A stretch of 60,779 nt of DNA, the filler included. It is 5 parts of 5 records of this genome, joined end to end, with 100 filler letters (N's around TTAATTAATTAA, not from the genome) between each part and the next. Parts side by side here need not be neighbours in the genome. Positions count along the whole stretch, not along the records: positions 10,509 to 30,939 come from SRR31156797_2527; 4 more parts are not named here. One strand, 5' to 3'. Under the pieces are notes generated by a model, which had not been told where the DNA came from, searched no databases, and saw nothing but the letters and a program-made list of their open reading frames with translations. Position numbers and translations under genes: made by a program. This document shows, piece by piece, positions 20,723 to 30,048 of the stretch (its first letter is position 1; each line of letters begins with the position of its first letter).

Positions 20723-22360
20723 ATGAGAAGAAATAGCCCTTGGTACTGGCTGACACTCTTTTCATGCCTGTTCCTTTTTATCTGTGTGCTTCTGCCAGCT
20801 TTTAATCTTATCTTCTCAAGTTTTCAGGCGGCTGACGGCACTTTGACGTTAGACGGTTTCAGAACATTCTTTGCCGAAGATGTGTATGTCAAAGGTCTGA
20901 GAAATTCATTAATACTCTCCATCGTAGTAACTATTTTATCCATAATGCTGGGTGTTCCACTCGCATTCATAACCGTCAGGTACAACATACCTATGAAAAC
21001 AGTTTTGAGTATTCTCCCTATAACAATAATTGTCATACCTGAGCTTATAACGACTCAGGCATGGCTTGTGGTTTTCGGATACAACGGTTTCCTGACCAAC
21101 TTCCTAAGCGGATACAACATAGACCTGCCTAACTTTTACGGTTGGTTCGGTCTGATATTTGTACTGACACTCACATACTACGTTCATGTATATATGGGCG
21201 CACTGGCGGCTTTAAGAAGCTTTGACGTACAGCTCGAAGAGGCAGCTCAGAGTCTCGGCAGAACACCGCTCATAGCACGTATAAAAACAATGATACCTCT
21301 CGTCGCCCCAGCTATCTTCTCAAGCGGGCTTGTCATCTTCACACTGGTTTTGGGTGACTTCTCCGTAGCGATAATCCTAGGTCACGGCGTACCTCTACTA
21401 TCAGTATTAACCTATAATAGTTTCCTAAGCGAGATCGGTCTTAACCCCATTATGCAGAGCACCCTAGCCACTGTCTCCATACTTATCGTCGCAGGAGTTC
21501 TCTTTTTTCAGAAGAGAGTTTTCGGTAAAAGAAATTACCAGATGACACAGGGTAGAAGCTGGATTCCTGTAAACCTGACAGGGATAAAGGGAAAAGCCGC
21601 TCTCAGCTATGTTTTCATACTTGTTGCGCTCACTCTGATGCCCCTGCTTCTTATAATGATCGCCTCAGTTACAAAGTCCATAGGACCTGTCATGCACTGG
21701 GGAGAGTTCACTCTCAGCCATTTTGAACGTGTATGGATATACGGCAGAGACATTTTAGTAAACTCACTGACATACGCATCACTTGCGACACTATTTGGCG
21801 TAATTTTCGGCTCCGTGGCTTCATATCTTATAATTAAGAAGAAGAATATATTTACAGGCGGGCTTGATTTTCTTGTGATGCTCCCTCTTGCCATATCAGG
21901 AACAGTGCTCGGTATATCTCTTGCACAGGCGTTTAATTCCGGTTTAATCGTTCTCACAGGAACCCCTGTTATAATGGTTTTAGCTATGATTATCAGAAGG
22001 CTACCTTTCGCTGTCAGAAACGCTTCAGCAAATCTTTATAACATTTCAGACTCTATAGAAGAGGCATCTATAAGCCTCGGAGTTCCACAGCTTAAAAGCT
22101 TTTTAAAGGTTGTCATACCGCTTATGGCTCCGGGCATAGCGTCTGCGGCTGTTCTTATGTGGGCTATGACAATGGCAGAATTAAATTCAACTCTGATTGT
22201 TTATCAGGCAGGTCAGGAGACACTCCCAATACAGATATTTCGATTAATAGACAGCGACCTTATGGGGCAGGCATCGGCCTTTGGGGTTTTGATGATCAGT
22301 ACAATCCTGCTACCGATTTTTGTGGCAGTAAAGTTCTTTAAAATAAAGTTGTTCAAGTAG
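20723..22360 (+). CDS. ABC importer fused double permease (FbpB type)
   Basis: About 12 hydrophobic segments and two EAA loops (LEEAAQSLG, IEEASISLG). Confidence 0.9.
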   Translation: MRRNSPWYWLTLFSCLFLFICVLLPAFNLIFSSFQAADGTLTLDGFRTFFAEDVYVKGLRNSLILSIVVTILSIMLGVPLAFITVRYNIPMKTVLSILPITIIVIPELITTQAWLVVFGYNGFLTNFLSGYNIDLPNFYGWFGLIFVLTLTYYVHVYMGALAALRSFDVQLEEAAQSLGRTPLIARIKTMIPLVAPAIFSSGLVIFTLVLGDFSVAIILGHGVPLLSVLTYNSFLSEIGLNPIMQSTLATVSILIVAGVLFFQKRVFGKRNYQMTQGRSWIPVNLTGIKGKAALSYVFILVALTLMPLLLIMIASVTKSIGPVMHWGEFTLSHFERVWIYGRDILVNSLTYASLATLFGVIFGSVASYLIIKKKNIFTGGLDFLVMLPLAISGTVLGISLAQAFNSGLIVLTGTPVIMVLAMIIRRLPFAVRNASANLYNISDSIEEASISLGVPQLKSFLKVVIPLMAPGIASAAVLMWAMTMAELNSTLIVYQAGQETLPIQIFRLIDSDLMGQASAFGVLMISTILLPIFVAVKFFKIKLFK

Positions 22361-22387
22361 AAAAATTAAAAAAAAAGGAGAAAAAGT

Positions 22388-23380
22388 ATGAAAAAGCTTT
22401 TCAACCGACTCTTTGTGACAACATGTATGGCTGCGCTACTCAGTTTGGTTTCTGTCAGCACAGCTAGTGCGGCAGAGGTAACACTTTACGCAGCAAACAG
22501 CGAAGACTCTATCCAGACTGTTCTGGATGTGGTCAGAAAACAAGCACCTGACCTTAAGGTTAATGTTATCAGAGCAAAAACAGGCGCTCTTCTTCAGAGG
22601 ATTGTAGCTGAAAAGAAGAAACCTGTCGGTGATGTTTTCTGGAGCAGTGGTTTTGGAACACTTGCGAGCTACACTGATGTGGCAAAGTCCTATAATTCAA
22701 AAGCGGCTTCTGCAATACCTTCATCAATGCACGGCCCTGAAAACAAGTGGCTCGGATCTAACGTCCACGTTGTAGTGCTCATGGTAAATAAAAAACAGCT
22801 TAAAGGGAGCGCACCTAAAGGGTGGGAAGATATCCTCTTCGGAGATGGAAAAGAGAGAGTCGCTTTCGCAGACCCTTCAGCTTCAAGCTCAGCTTACCTT
22901 CAGCTCTTCGGAATATACAAAAAATACGGCGAGGAAGGCGTTAAAAAACTTGCTGAAAAAGTCATAGTCACAGGCGGTTCAAGCAGTGTTTACAAAGGTG
23001 TGGCGCAGGGCGAATACGCAGTAGGTATCACTATCGAATACGCAGCTTACCGCTATGTTGCTGGTGGTCAGAAATCTATTAAACTTGTGTACCCTAAAGA
23101 GGGAACTTTCCTCTCGCCAGAAGGTATGTTCATCATTAAAAACGCACCTCACAGTAAAGAAGCTAAAAGACTTTTCGAAATTATGGCTTCGAAAGCTGCA
23201 CAGGAAAAGATATTTGAAAAGAGCTATAGAAGACCTACAAGGTCAGATGTGGAAGTTTCAAAAATATCGTCACTTCCTGACTACAGTGAGATAAACATCT
23301 TTGAAATCGATCAGACAGAAGCCGGAGCGAATAAAAACAGGGTTATCAAACTCTGGAAAAATGCACTCGCTTCAAAATAA
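22388..23380 (+). CDS. ABC importer periplasmic binding protein (AfuA/PhnS type)
   Basis: Signal peptide ending ASA-AE; TGALLQRI...DVFW, ADPSASSSAY, YPKEGT and RRPTRSDV motifs; RBS AAGGAG. Confidence 0.88.
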   Translation: MKKLFNRLFVTTCMAALLSLVSVSTASAAEVTLYAANSEDSIQTVLDVVRKQAPDLKVNVIRAKTGALLQRIVAEKKKPVGDVFWSSGFGTLASYTDVAKSYNSKAASAIPSSMHGPENKWLGSNVHVVVLMVNKKQLKGSAPKGWEDILFGDGKERVAFADPSASSSAYLQLFGIYKKYGEEGVKKLAEKVIVTGGSSSVYKGVAQGEYAVGITIEYAAYRYVAGGQKSIKLVYPKEGTFLSPEGMFIIKNAPHSKEAKRLFEIMASKAAQEKIFEKSYRRPTRSDVEVSKISSLPDYSEINIFEIDQTEAGANKNRVIKLWKNALASK

Positions 23381-23390
23381 TATTTAAATA

Positions 23391-23422
23391 GCTGCGGTCT
23401 GTCTGTACTTTCAGGCCGCAGT
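23391..23422 (+). promoter_or_regulatory. Intra-operon stem-loop after the binding-protein gene
   Basis: GCTGCGGTCTG-N10-CAGGCCGCAGT inverted repeat with only a short T tail. Confidence 0.5.
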
Positions 23423-23439
23423 TTAAAACAAAACAACTG

Positions 23440-24651
23440 GTGAAATATATGATACAAATTGCAAAAAGGCTCTCCGGCGTAAAACCCTCGCAAACAAAAG
23501 CAATCGCTCAAAAAGCTGCCGAACGGAAAGCTCAGGGGTATGATGTCATATCTCTAAATGTCGGCGAACCGGACTTTGATACATCTGAAAACATTATCAA
23601 TGCTGGCATATCCGCCATGAAAGAGGGTCACACAAGATACACTTTGGTGCCGGGGGTGCTACCGCTCAGAGAAGTTATCTCCACTTCCCTGGAAAATGAT
23701 CACGGCATCAGATATACACCAGAAGAGATAACTGTCTGCACCGGTGCTAAGCAAGTGCTCTATAACGCCCTTTTAGCTACAATTGATCAGGGTGACGAAG
23801 TAATACTTATCGCTCCATGCTGGCCGTCATATCCAGATATGGTCTCCCTTGCAGGTGGCGTACCAGTCATCGTAAACTCTTCAAGAAGAAATGATTTCTT
23901 ACCTGACTTAAAAGATATAGAATCTAAAATCTCAGGCAAAACCAAGTGGATACTCATGAATTACCCGAACAACCCTACTGGGGCAATCCTGAATGATGAC
24001 TACCTTGAGCAGTTCGCAGATATTCTCTCACGTAATCCACACGTGTCTATCCTGTCTGATGATGTTTATGAAAAGATAGTTTATCCCGGCGAACAGTTCA
24101 AGCACCTGCTCACAATCGCTCCTAAGCTGAAAGACCGCTGTTTAATGGTGAACAGTGTCTCTAAAGCGTACTGTATGACAGGCTGGAGGATAGGATACGG
24201 AGCAGGTCCTGCAGAACTCATCAAAACCATGAACATGATCCAGTCCCAGACAACATCTCATGCGACATCCATATCACAATATGCCGCCATAGAAGCCCTC
24301 AGCGGACCACAAACAAGCCTCAAAGAGATGGTTGCACACTACTATAAAAGAGCGAAATTCGCACATGAAAAGCTAAATAGTATTAATGGTATAAAATGCC
24401 TCATGCCTAAAGGTACATTCTACCTATTACCAGACTGTTCAGAGATATCAGGTATGAGGAAACCGGACGGAAATTTAATAAAAAATGATATAGATTTCTC
24501 AGCATACTTAATGGAAGAAGCTGGAGTTGCAGTGGTTCCCGGCAGCTCTTTCTTCGCAGAAAACAGCTTCAGAGTTTCATCTGCTACATCTATGGAAAAC
24601 CTCGCTTCCGCTCTCGATAAGATTGCAGAAGCTGTAAATAAATTAAAATAA
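23440..24651 (+). CDS. Class I/II PLP aminotransferase (AspC-like), putative phosphonoalanine aminotransferase (PalB-like)
   Basis: GEPDFDT, NYPNNPTG, DDVY and SVSKAYCMTGWRIGY (PLP Lys). It lies 9 bp upstream of the phosphonopyruvate hydrolase gene. The start may be ATG 23449. Confidence 0.85.
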   Translation: MKYMIQIAKRLSGVKPSQTKAIAQKAAERKAQGYDVISLNVGEPDFDTSENIINAGISAMKEGHTRYTLVPGVLPLREVISTSLENDHGIRYTPEEITVCTGAKQVLYNALLATIDQGDEVILIAPCWPSYPDMVSLAGGVPVIVNSSRRNDFLPDLKDIESKISGKTKWILMNYPNNPTGAILNDDYLEQFADILSRNPHVSILSDDVYEKIVYPGEQFKHLLTIAPKLKDRCLMVNSVSKAYCMTGWRIGYGAGPAELIKTMNMIQSQTTSHATSISQYAAIEALSGPQTSLKEMVAHYYKRAKFAHEKLNSINGIKCLMPKGTFYLLPDCSEISGMRKPDGNLIKNDIDFSAYLMEEAGVAVVPGSSFFAENSFRVSSATSMENLASALDKIAEAVNKLK

Positions 24652-24660
24652 GAGAGATAA

Positions 24661-25533
24661 ATGAATAAAAACAAAAATATCAAACAGATTATTGATGATA
24701 ATGGGTTATTTCATGCTATGTCAGCTCATAACGCTCTCTCTGCCAAATTGGCACAAGAGGCAGGTTTCAACGGAATATGGGCTAGCGGATTCGAACTTTC
24801 GGCAGCACACGGTATACCTGATGCGAGCCTGCTCTCTATGACACAACACCTCGAAAGCACACGCTCCATAGCATCACAGGTTTCCATACCGGTTATAGCT
24901 GATATAGACACAGGATATGGTAACGCCATAAATGTTATGCATGTAACCGAAGCTTACGAACAGGCTGGGGCATCCGCCATAGTTATGGAAGATAAGAAAT
25001 TCCCGAAAGATACAAGCCTTCTTGAAGGCGGAAGACAGGAGCTTGTTTCTATCAGTGAGTTTCAAGGAAAGATAGAAGCCGCAATAACTGCAAGAGAGTC
25101 ATCAGATTTCCTTATTATAGCCAGAACAGAAGCTCTTATAGCTGGTCAGGGGGTCGAAGAAGCCCTCAAGCGTGCATACTCATATGCCAATTCTGGAGCT
25201 GATATGATTCTGGTTCACTCTAAATCAGATAAACCTGATGAGATATTACTCTTTATAGACAAGTGGGATGGTCGCATACCTATTGTGTTGGTTCCAACAA
25301 GCTATCCGGAGCTCACCGAGGAGAGGATGAAAAAAAGTGGTAAAGTCGGTGTCGTAATTTATGGAAACCATGCTGTAAGAGCGGCGGTCACTGCTATGCA
25401 GGAAATATTCGCTGAAATCCGCAATGACGGCGGGATACACAACGTTAATAGTAAAATTGTTTCTGTTAAGGAAATTTTCAGGTTGCAGGAGGTTGCAAAA
25501 ATGAAGGATAATGAAAAGAAATTTATAAAGTAA
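24661..25533 (+). CDS. palA: Phosphonopyruvate hydrolase (ICL/PEP-mutase superfamily)
   Basis: 290 aa with [39 protein letters not shown] and [12 protein letters not shown]. The K-D-T-S loop is the hydrolase type, whereas PEP mutase has K-x-N-S. It is collinear with Variovorax Pal2 PPH as I recall that sequence. Confidence 0.88.
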   Translation: MNKNKNIKQIIDDNGLFHAMSAHNALSAKLAQEAGFNGIWASGFELSAAHGIPDASLLSMTQHLESTRSIASQVSIPVIADIDTGYGNAINVMHVTEAYEQAGASAIVMEDKKFPKDTSLLEGGRQELVSISEFQGKIEAAITARESSDFLIIARTEALIAGQGVEEALKRAYSYANSGADMILVHSKSDKPDEILLFIDKWDGRIPIVLVPTSYPELTEERMKKSGKVGVVIYGNHAVRAAVTAMQEIFAEIRNDGGIHNVNSKIVSVKEIFRLQEVAKMKDNEKKFIK

Positions 25534-25553
25534 ATTTATTCAGAGAGGATCAT

Positions 25554-26831
25554 GTGGATAATTTAACCTTACAACCTATATCGAAAATTAATGGCACTAT
25601 AGACCTGCCCGGCTCAAAAAGTATATCTAACCGTGTCCTACTTCTGGCTACGCTTGCAGAGGGCGAAACAAAACTTGAGAACCTGCTGCACAGCGACGAC
25701 GTGAAACACATGCTGAACGCCCTTAAAATACTCGGGATAGAATATACAAAATCTGATGATAATACTTACAGTATTTCAGGTGCTAAAAAGATAGAAATCG
25801 ACAAACCTGTTGAGCTTTACCTCGGCAATGCCGGTACAGCTATGAGATCACTCTCTGCTGCTCTCGCTTTTTCAAAGGGAGAGTTTACACTTACCGGCGA
25901 CCCCAGAATGCTGGAAAGACCTATTAAAGACCTTGTAGATGCACTCACATCAGCAGGGGCAGATATAAAATACTTACAGAATGACGGCTACCCTCCCCTA
26001 AAGATAAAAGGCTCCGGATTAAAGGACGCCAGAATGAAAGTTAAAGGGGACATATCGAGCCAGTTTTTGACGGCACTCCTTATTGCCGCACCCCTGACAG
26101 GCAGTTCTGTTGTGATAGATGTTGAAGGGGAGCTTGTCTCAAAACCTTATATATTGATGACTATCGACCTTATGGAAAGATTTGGCGTTCATGTTAAAAA
26201 CAGTAATTACCAAAGCTTCACTGTCGAAGGCGGGCAGTCTTACGTTTCGCCCGGCTTTTTAAAGGTTGAGGGTGATGCTTCGTCTGCTTCATATTTTCTC
26301 GCTGCCGGTGCTATAGCCGGAGGGAAAGTCAGGGTTAACGGTGTCGGGTCTGAAAGCATACAGGGTGACAAAAATTTTGCTGAGGTGCTGGGGCTGATGG
26401 GGGCTGATGTTCTCTATGGTAAAGATTTTGTCGAAGTTTCGAAGTCAGGTCCCTTAAAAGGGGTAGATATAGACATGAACAGCATGCCTGATGCCGCTAT
26501 GACAATAGCTGTGGCTGCGCTGTTTGCTGATGGTAAGACAGCTATCAGAAACATATATAACTGGCGTGTTAAAGAGTGTGACAGGCTTGCTGCTATGGCT
26601 ACTGAGCTAAGGAAAGTCGGCGCAGAAGTTGTTGAAGGTGATGACTATATCGAGATTACACCTCCTGAGGAGATAAAATACGGTGTAATAGACACCTATG
26701 ACGACCACAGGATGGCGATGTGTTTCTCTCTGGTCGCTCTAGGGAGTGCACCCGTGACCATAAACGACCCGGCGTGTGTGAATAAAACATTTCCAGAGTA
26801 TTTTGATTATTTTTCTAAGCTAACCTCTTAG
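25554..26831 (+). CDS. aroA: 3-phosphoshikimate 1-carboxyvinyltransferase (class I EPSP synthase) with Ser at the E. coli P101 position
   Basis: [63 protein letters not shown] and KTFP; GTG start with RBS GAGAGGA, 20 bp after palA. Confidence 0.95.
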   Translation: MDNLTLQPISKINGTIDLPGSKSISNRVLLLATLAEGETKLENLLHSDDVKHMLNALKILGIEYTKSDDNTYSISGAKKIEIDKPVELYLGNAGTAMRSLSAALAFSKGEFTLTGDPRMLERPIKDLVDALTSAGADIKYLQNDGYPPLKIKGSGLKDARMKVKGDISSQFLTALLIAAPLTGSSVVIDVEGELVSKPYILMTIDLMERFGVHVKNSNYQSFTVEGGQSYVSPGFLKVEGDASSASYFLAAGAIAGGKVRVNGVGSESIQGDKNFAEVLGLMGADVLYGKDFVEVSKSGPLKGVDIDMNSMPDAAMTIAVAALFADGKTAIRNIYNWRVKECDRLAAMATELRKVGAEVVEGDDYIEITPPEEIKYGVIDTYDDHRMAMCFSLVALGSAPVTINDPACVNKTFPEYFDYFSKLTS

Positions 26832-26861
26832 ATAATCACTGCGGAATCTTCTGAGGTTTTA

Positions 26862-28076
26862 TTAAAAATATTTTTTTAAGCGGAGTTCGATCTTCCCTGA
26901 AACAGGCTTTTCACCATACTCAGTATATCTCTCTCTCGAGAGTGCTGTCGCTTTAACTTTCAGCTCGTAGTTTGTAAAACCGGTGTATTTGATCTCAGGC
27001 GATGCAGAAAAACTCCCGTCGTCAGCATTTAAAATCATAGTAAAAGCTGGAGTCAGATAAAGTATACCAAACGGCTCTTTCACTGACATTCTGAAGTAAA
27101 TATAGTCCTTCATGGCAAAGTTTTTAAGAACAGCCCTGTCTGCCTTGTAGAGATTTTCCATCTCACTTTCAGTAAAGCCTTCAGACCTATGATAGTATTC
27201 TCCTATCACTGTAACCTCACTGTCTGTAAGATATCTGAAACCTAGCAGGTAGTTATCAGAAGTTTCTTCTGTACTGCCCATAGGTGTATAAAGCTCATAG
27301 CTATGCAGCCTTGCATACTCTCCGTGCATTTCGAATGCTGAGGTGATGTTTTTAGAAAAATCAAAACCGTATTTTGAGCCGCCCGAATCCACCGTGGAAA
27401 ACATAAAATCTATATCAGTATCATGTAAAAGCAGATAAAGCTTTCCCGCATAACCAACCCCGTCCGCACCGGACATACTGCGGTTCATATCGTCATTTAC
27501 ATAGTAAACAACCGGCGTGACAGAAAAATTTTTAAGGGCTCCGCCAACGTTCTTTATGTATTCCGCTGAAAGGAGATAACGACCTTCAAGAATCGCCTCC
27601 GGATCGTCCGGATTCTTCTGCCTGTCGATAAGTGCTGCGGGGCTGAAAGCGTAGCCTTTACCCCACTTTATATTCTTCTTTCCGGCATACATTGTGAGAT
27701 TCTGTGATGCAGACCAACCTGCATAGCCTTCCAGAAATTTTGTAATCTGCCTGTACTCGCCTGTATCTTCTCTGCTGCCTAATGTATCTGAGATGAAGTT
27801 TAATTTAATATCCTCAAGCTCATAGGAGCCATTCAGGCGCAGCCTGGCATCAGCTGTCCACGCAGTGTCCTGAGGCTCTACGCTTTTGAACTTCGCATCG
27901 TAGCCGGCAGTATTTTTATCATAACTGTAAGCTGTCGAAATAAACTCCGCATAACCTCCGAAAGTGTAAGGTTTCTTCTCTATTTCGCTAAGGTCAAAAG
28001 TGTATTCCGATGCATAAGTATTAGCAGAAAAAAGCAGGCTGAGCGCTAAAACCCAGCCTGTCCTTAACATTTTCAT
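26862..28076 (-). CDS. Putative outer-membrane beta-barrel protein of an ABC exporter cluster
   Basis: Signal peptide, GKKNIKWGKGYAFSP motif, amphipathic strands and C-terminal aromatic end (KKYF); overlaps the upstream gene by 4 bp. Confidence 0.6.
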   Translation of the reverse strand: MKMLRTGWVLALSLLFSANTYASEYTFDLSEIEKKPYTFGGYAEFISTAYSYDKNTAGYDAKFKSVEPQDTAWTADARLRLNGSYELEDIKLNFISDTLGSREDTGEYRQITKFLEGYAGWSASQNLTMYAGKKNIKWGKGYAFSPAALIDRQKNPDDPEAILEGRYLLSAEYIKNVGGALKNFSVTPVVYYVNDDMNRSMSGADGVGYAGKLYLLLHDTDIDFMFSTVDSGGSKYGFDFSKNITSAFEMHGEYARLHSYELYTPMGSTEETSDNYLLGFRYLTDSEVTVIGEYYHRSEGFTESEMENLYKADRAVLKNFAMKDYIYFRMSVKEPFGILYLTPAFTMILNADDGSFSASPEIKYTGFTNYELKVKATALSRERYTEYGEKPVSGKIELRLKKYF

Positions 28077-28801
28077 CTGATTTCCTGCATACGTGACATA
28101 AAATCCATGGTGAATATCTCATCGGGAAATGCCCTGCTCTTAACCTTTGCAAAAATCATAACTGACTTATAGCCTTTATAAAGCGGTGAGTCGGTTTCTA
28201 TTACCGCAGGACGCTTTATACCGTCGCCAAAGTCTTTCACATCGCTGAAATGAAGTGTTTTTATCAGCATTTTCTCATCTGTCATACAATTAATTTCCAC
28301 TGGCAGCATGGTCTTTTTGTCCGCAGTAATGTTCACTCTGGCGTATGCTACAGTCTTTGTTTTCGCCTTAAGGCTGAGTAGAAGCTTATCGCCCTCTTCT
28401 GTCAGCTTTTCAACATCATACTCCTGAGCGTAATCCAGCCTCATGATATCTGCGTTGTTGAACACACCGCCTATGACAGACTGAAGGCTTGTAATCCTTA
28501 CCGGTCTTCCGACATTCGGGATGTAAAGCCACATATTATCTCCTAACCGGAGCGTACTCCGCCCTGTTTCACTTGCAGGTGCCAGAAACAGCGACGCTAT
28601 CTTCTCATCCCCTTTCTTAACAGTGTAGAGGACAAATTCCCTTCTGTCGCCGTCCGGCTGTATGTTGATAAGCTTTCTGTATGATTCGTAGCTTTCAGGC
28701 GAGAGATTGCGGTCTATCATCTTTAAAATATCTTCCGGAGTCTCTGCGAAAGCTGTTACAGCAAAAATAGTTAGCAGAGCAGTTAATAGTATCTTTTTCA
28801 C
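28073..28801 (-). CDS. Outer-membrane lipoprotein-sorting protein (LolA-like)
   Basis: FLAPASETGRSTLRLGDNMWLYIPNVGRPVRITSLQS and FNNADI motifs; signal peptide. Confidence 0.8.
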   Translation of the reverse strand: MKKILLTALLTIFAVTAFAETPEDILKMIDRNLSPESYESYRKLINIQPDGDRREFVLYTVKKGDEKIASLFLAPASETGRSTLRLGDNMWLYIPNVGRPVRITSLQSVIGGVFNNADIMRLDYAQEYDVEKLTEEGDKLLLSLKAKTKTVAYARVNITADKKTMLPVEINCMTDEKMLIKTLHFSDVKDFGDGIKRPAVIETDSPLYKGYKSVMIFAKVKSRAFPDEIFTMDFMSRMQEIR

Positions 28802-28809
28802 ATTATCAC

Positions 28810-30048
28810 CTATACGTGCCTGAGAGCTTTTATCGGATCCATACGCGACGCTTTGAAAGCTGGCTGGATACTCGCTATCACAGCAACGATAATCACTGTC
28901 ACAGATATTGTAATCAGCTGTGTATAATCCACAGATGCTGTAAGGAGCATATTCTCATTCCTGCCGAAACTAAATGTAAGCTCAGAAGCGTTTATCGCTG
29001 CCACGGCTATAACACTTGCTGCACTTCCGACAACTGCACCAAATATCCCGAGCAGAAGCCCCTCTGTGATAAACATAAGATTTATTTTAAGCGGGCTAGT
29101 CCCTATCGCCGCTGCTGTGCCTATCTCTCTCATACGCTCATACACAGCCATTATCATAACATTCAGAATGGATATCATAACCACCGCTACGAGAAGCATT
29201 TTTACAAAGAATGTCATAAGGTCTATCATCTTTACGATGTTTGAAAATGGTGAGATAGCCTCCCATGAATGCACATGAAAAGGTTCCTTTCCCATAGGGT
29301 TTACAAATCCGCCCACCTTCTCCTGAAACTTCTTCTCGAAAGCGTGGAGATTATTAAAATCTTTAAGTCTGATAGCTATTTCACTTATCTGAGGCTCATC
29401 CATGCGGAGTATCTCTATTGCGTCTTTTATATGTACATAGCCATCACGACCGCCAGGACCTGTGGCACTCTCAACAACACCTGAAACCTTTAGCTGTTTA
29501 CCGTTTACAGAGCCGTCCTGATTGGTGGCTATAACAACGACTGTATCACCTACCTTCACCTTAAGGGATTTTGCAAAAAGCTCAGGAACTATTATCTGAC
29601 CAGGCAGAAGCTCTTTGCTCCCCTCAGATATTCTGGCAGGGAGGAGTGGCGTAACTTTAAACTCCTTTTCAGGGTCAATACCGTTCAGTCGCATATTTGA
29701 TGTCTCTGAAAATGTAGAGAACATTCCACCGAATTTTATACGATAGGATACTGCCTCTATCTCATCAAATTCAGATGCTAATTCCTCATATTTATTTACC
29801 ATCATAGGTTTCATATTCATATGCAGAGGCAGGGTCTCTATAGCTCCCATATAGCCTTTTCTGTGCACCTGAATATGACCTGTCATAGAATCTGTGATCT
29901 GCGAAACCATCATAGCTTTGAACGAGCCTGTGACCGACACAAAAACAGATACAAACAAGACACCTATCACAACAAGAGAAACAGTGAGGAGCGTCCTTCT
30001 GCTGTATCTGAAAAGGTTTCTGGATGATATCTTCAGTATGTTTAACAT
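28810..30048 (-). CDS. MacB/FtsX-type ABC permease
   Basis: RNLFRYSRRTLLT, large periplasmic loop, AVYERMREIGT and PAFKASRMDPIKALR. Confidence 0.9.
   Translation of the reverse strand: MLNILKISSRNLFRYSRRTLLTVSLVVIGVLFVSVFVSVTGSFKAMMVSQITDSMTGHIQVHRKGYMGAIETLPLHMNMKPMMVNKYEELASEFDEIEAVSYRIKFGGMFSTFSETSNMRLNGIDPEKEFKVTPLLPARISEGSKELLPGQIIVPELFAKSLKVKVGDTVVVIATNQDGSVNGKQLKVSGVVESATGPGGRDGYVHIKDAIEILRMDEPQISEIAIRLKDFNNLHAFEKKFQEKVGGFVNPMGKEPFHVHSWEAISPFSNIVKMIDLMTFFVKMLLVAVVMISILNVMIMAVYERMREIGTAAAIGTSPLKINLMFITEGLLLGIFGAVVGSAASVIAVAAINASELTFSFGRNENMLLTASVDYTQLITISVTVIIVAVIASIQPAFKASRMDPIKALRHV

Noticed and set aside
24661-25533. PEP mutase (pepM), implying a phosphonate biosynthetic cluster with aroA as self-resistance gene
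   Set aside because: The active-site loop is [11 protein letters not shown], the hydrolase type, not the EDKxxxxxNS PepM signature. The neighbours are an importer and a LysR, and there is no decarboxylase or tailoring enzyme. An enzyme assay would settle it.
19642-25533. Glyphosate degradation operon
   Set aside because: No C-P lyase (phn) genes and no glyphosate/glycine oxidase. The enzymes present match phosphonoalanine breakdown. Incidental glyphosate uptake by the transporter cannot be excluded.
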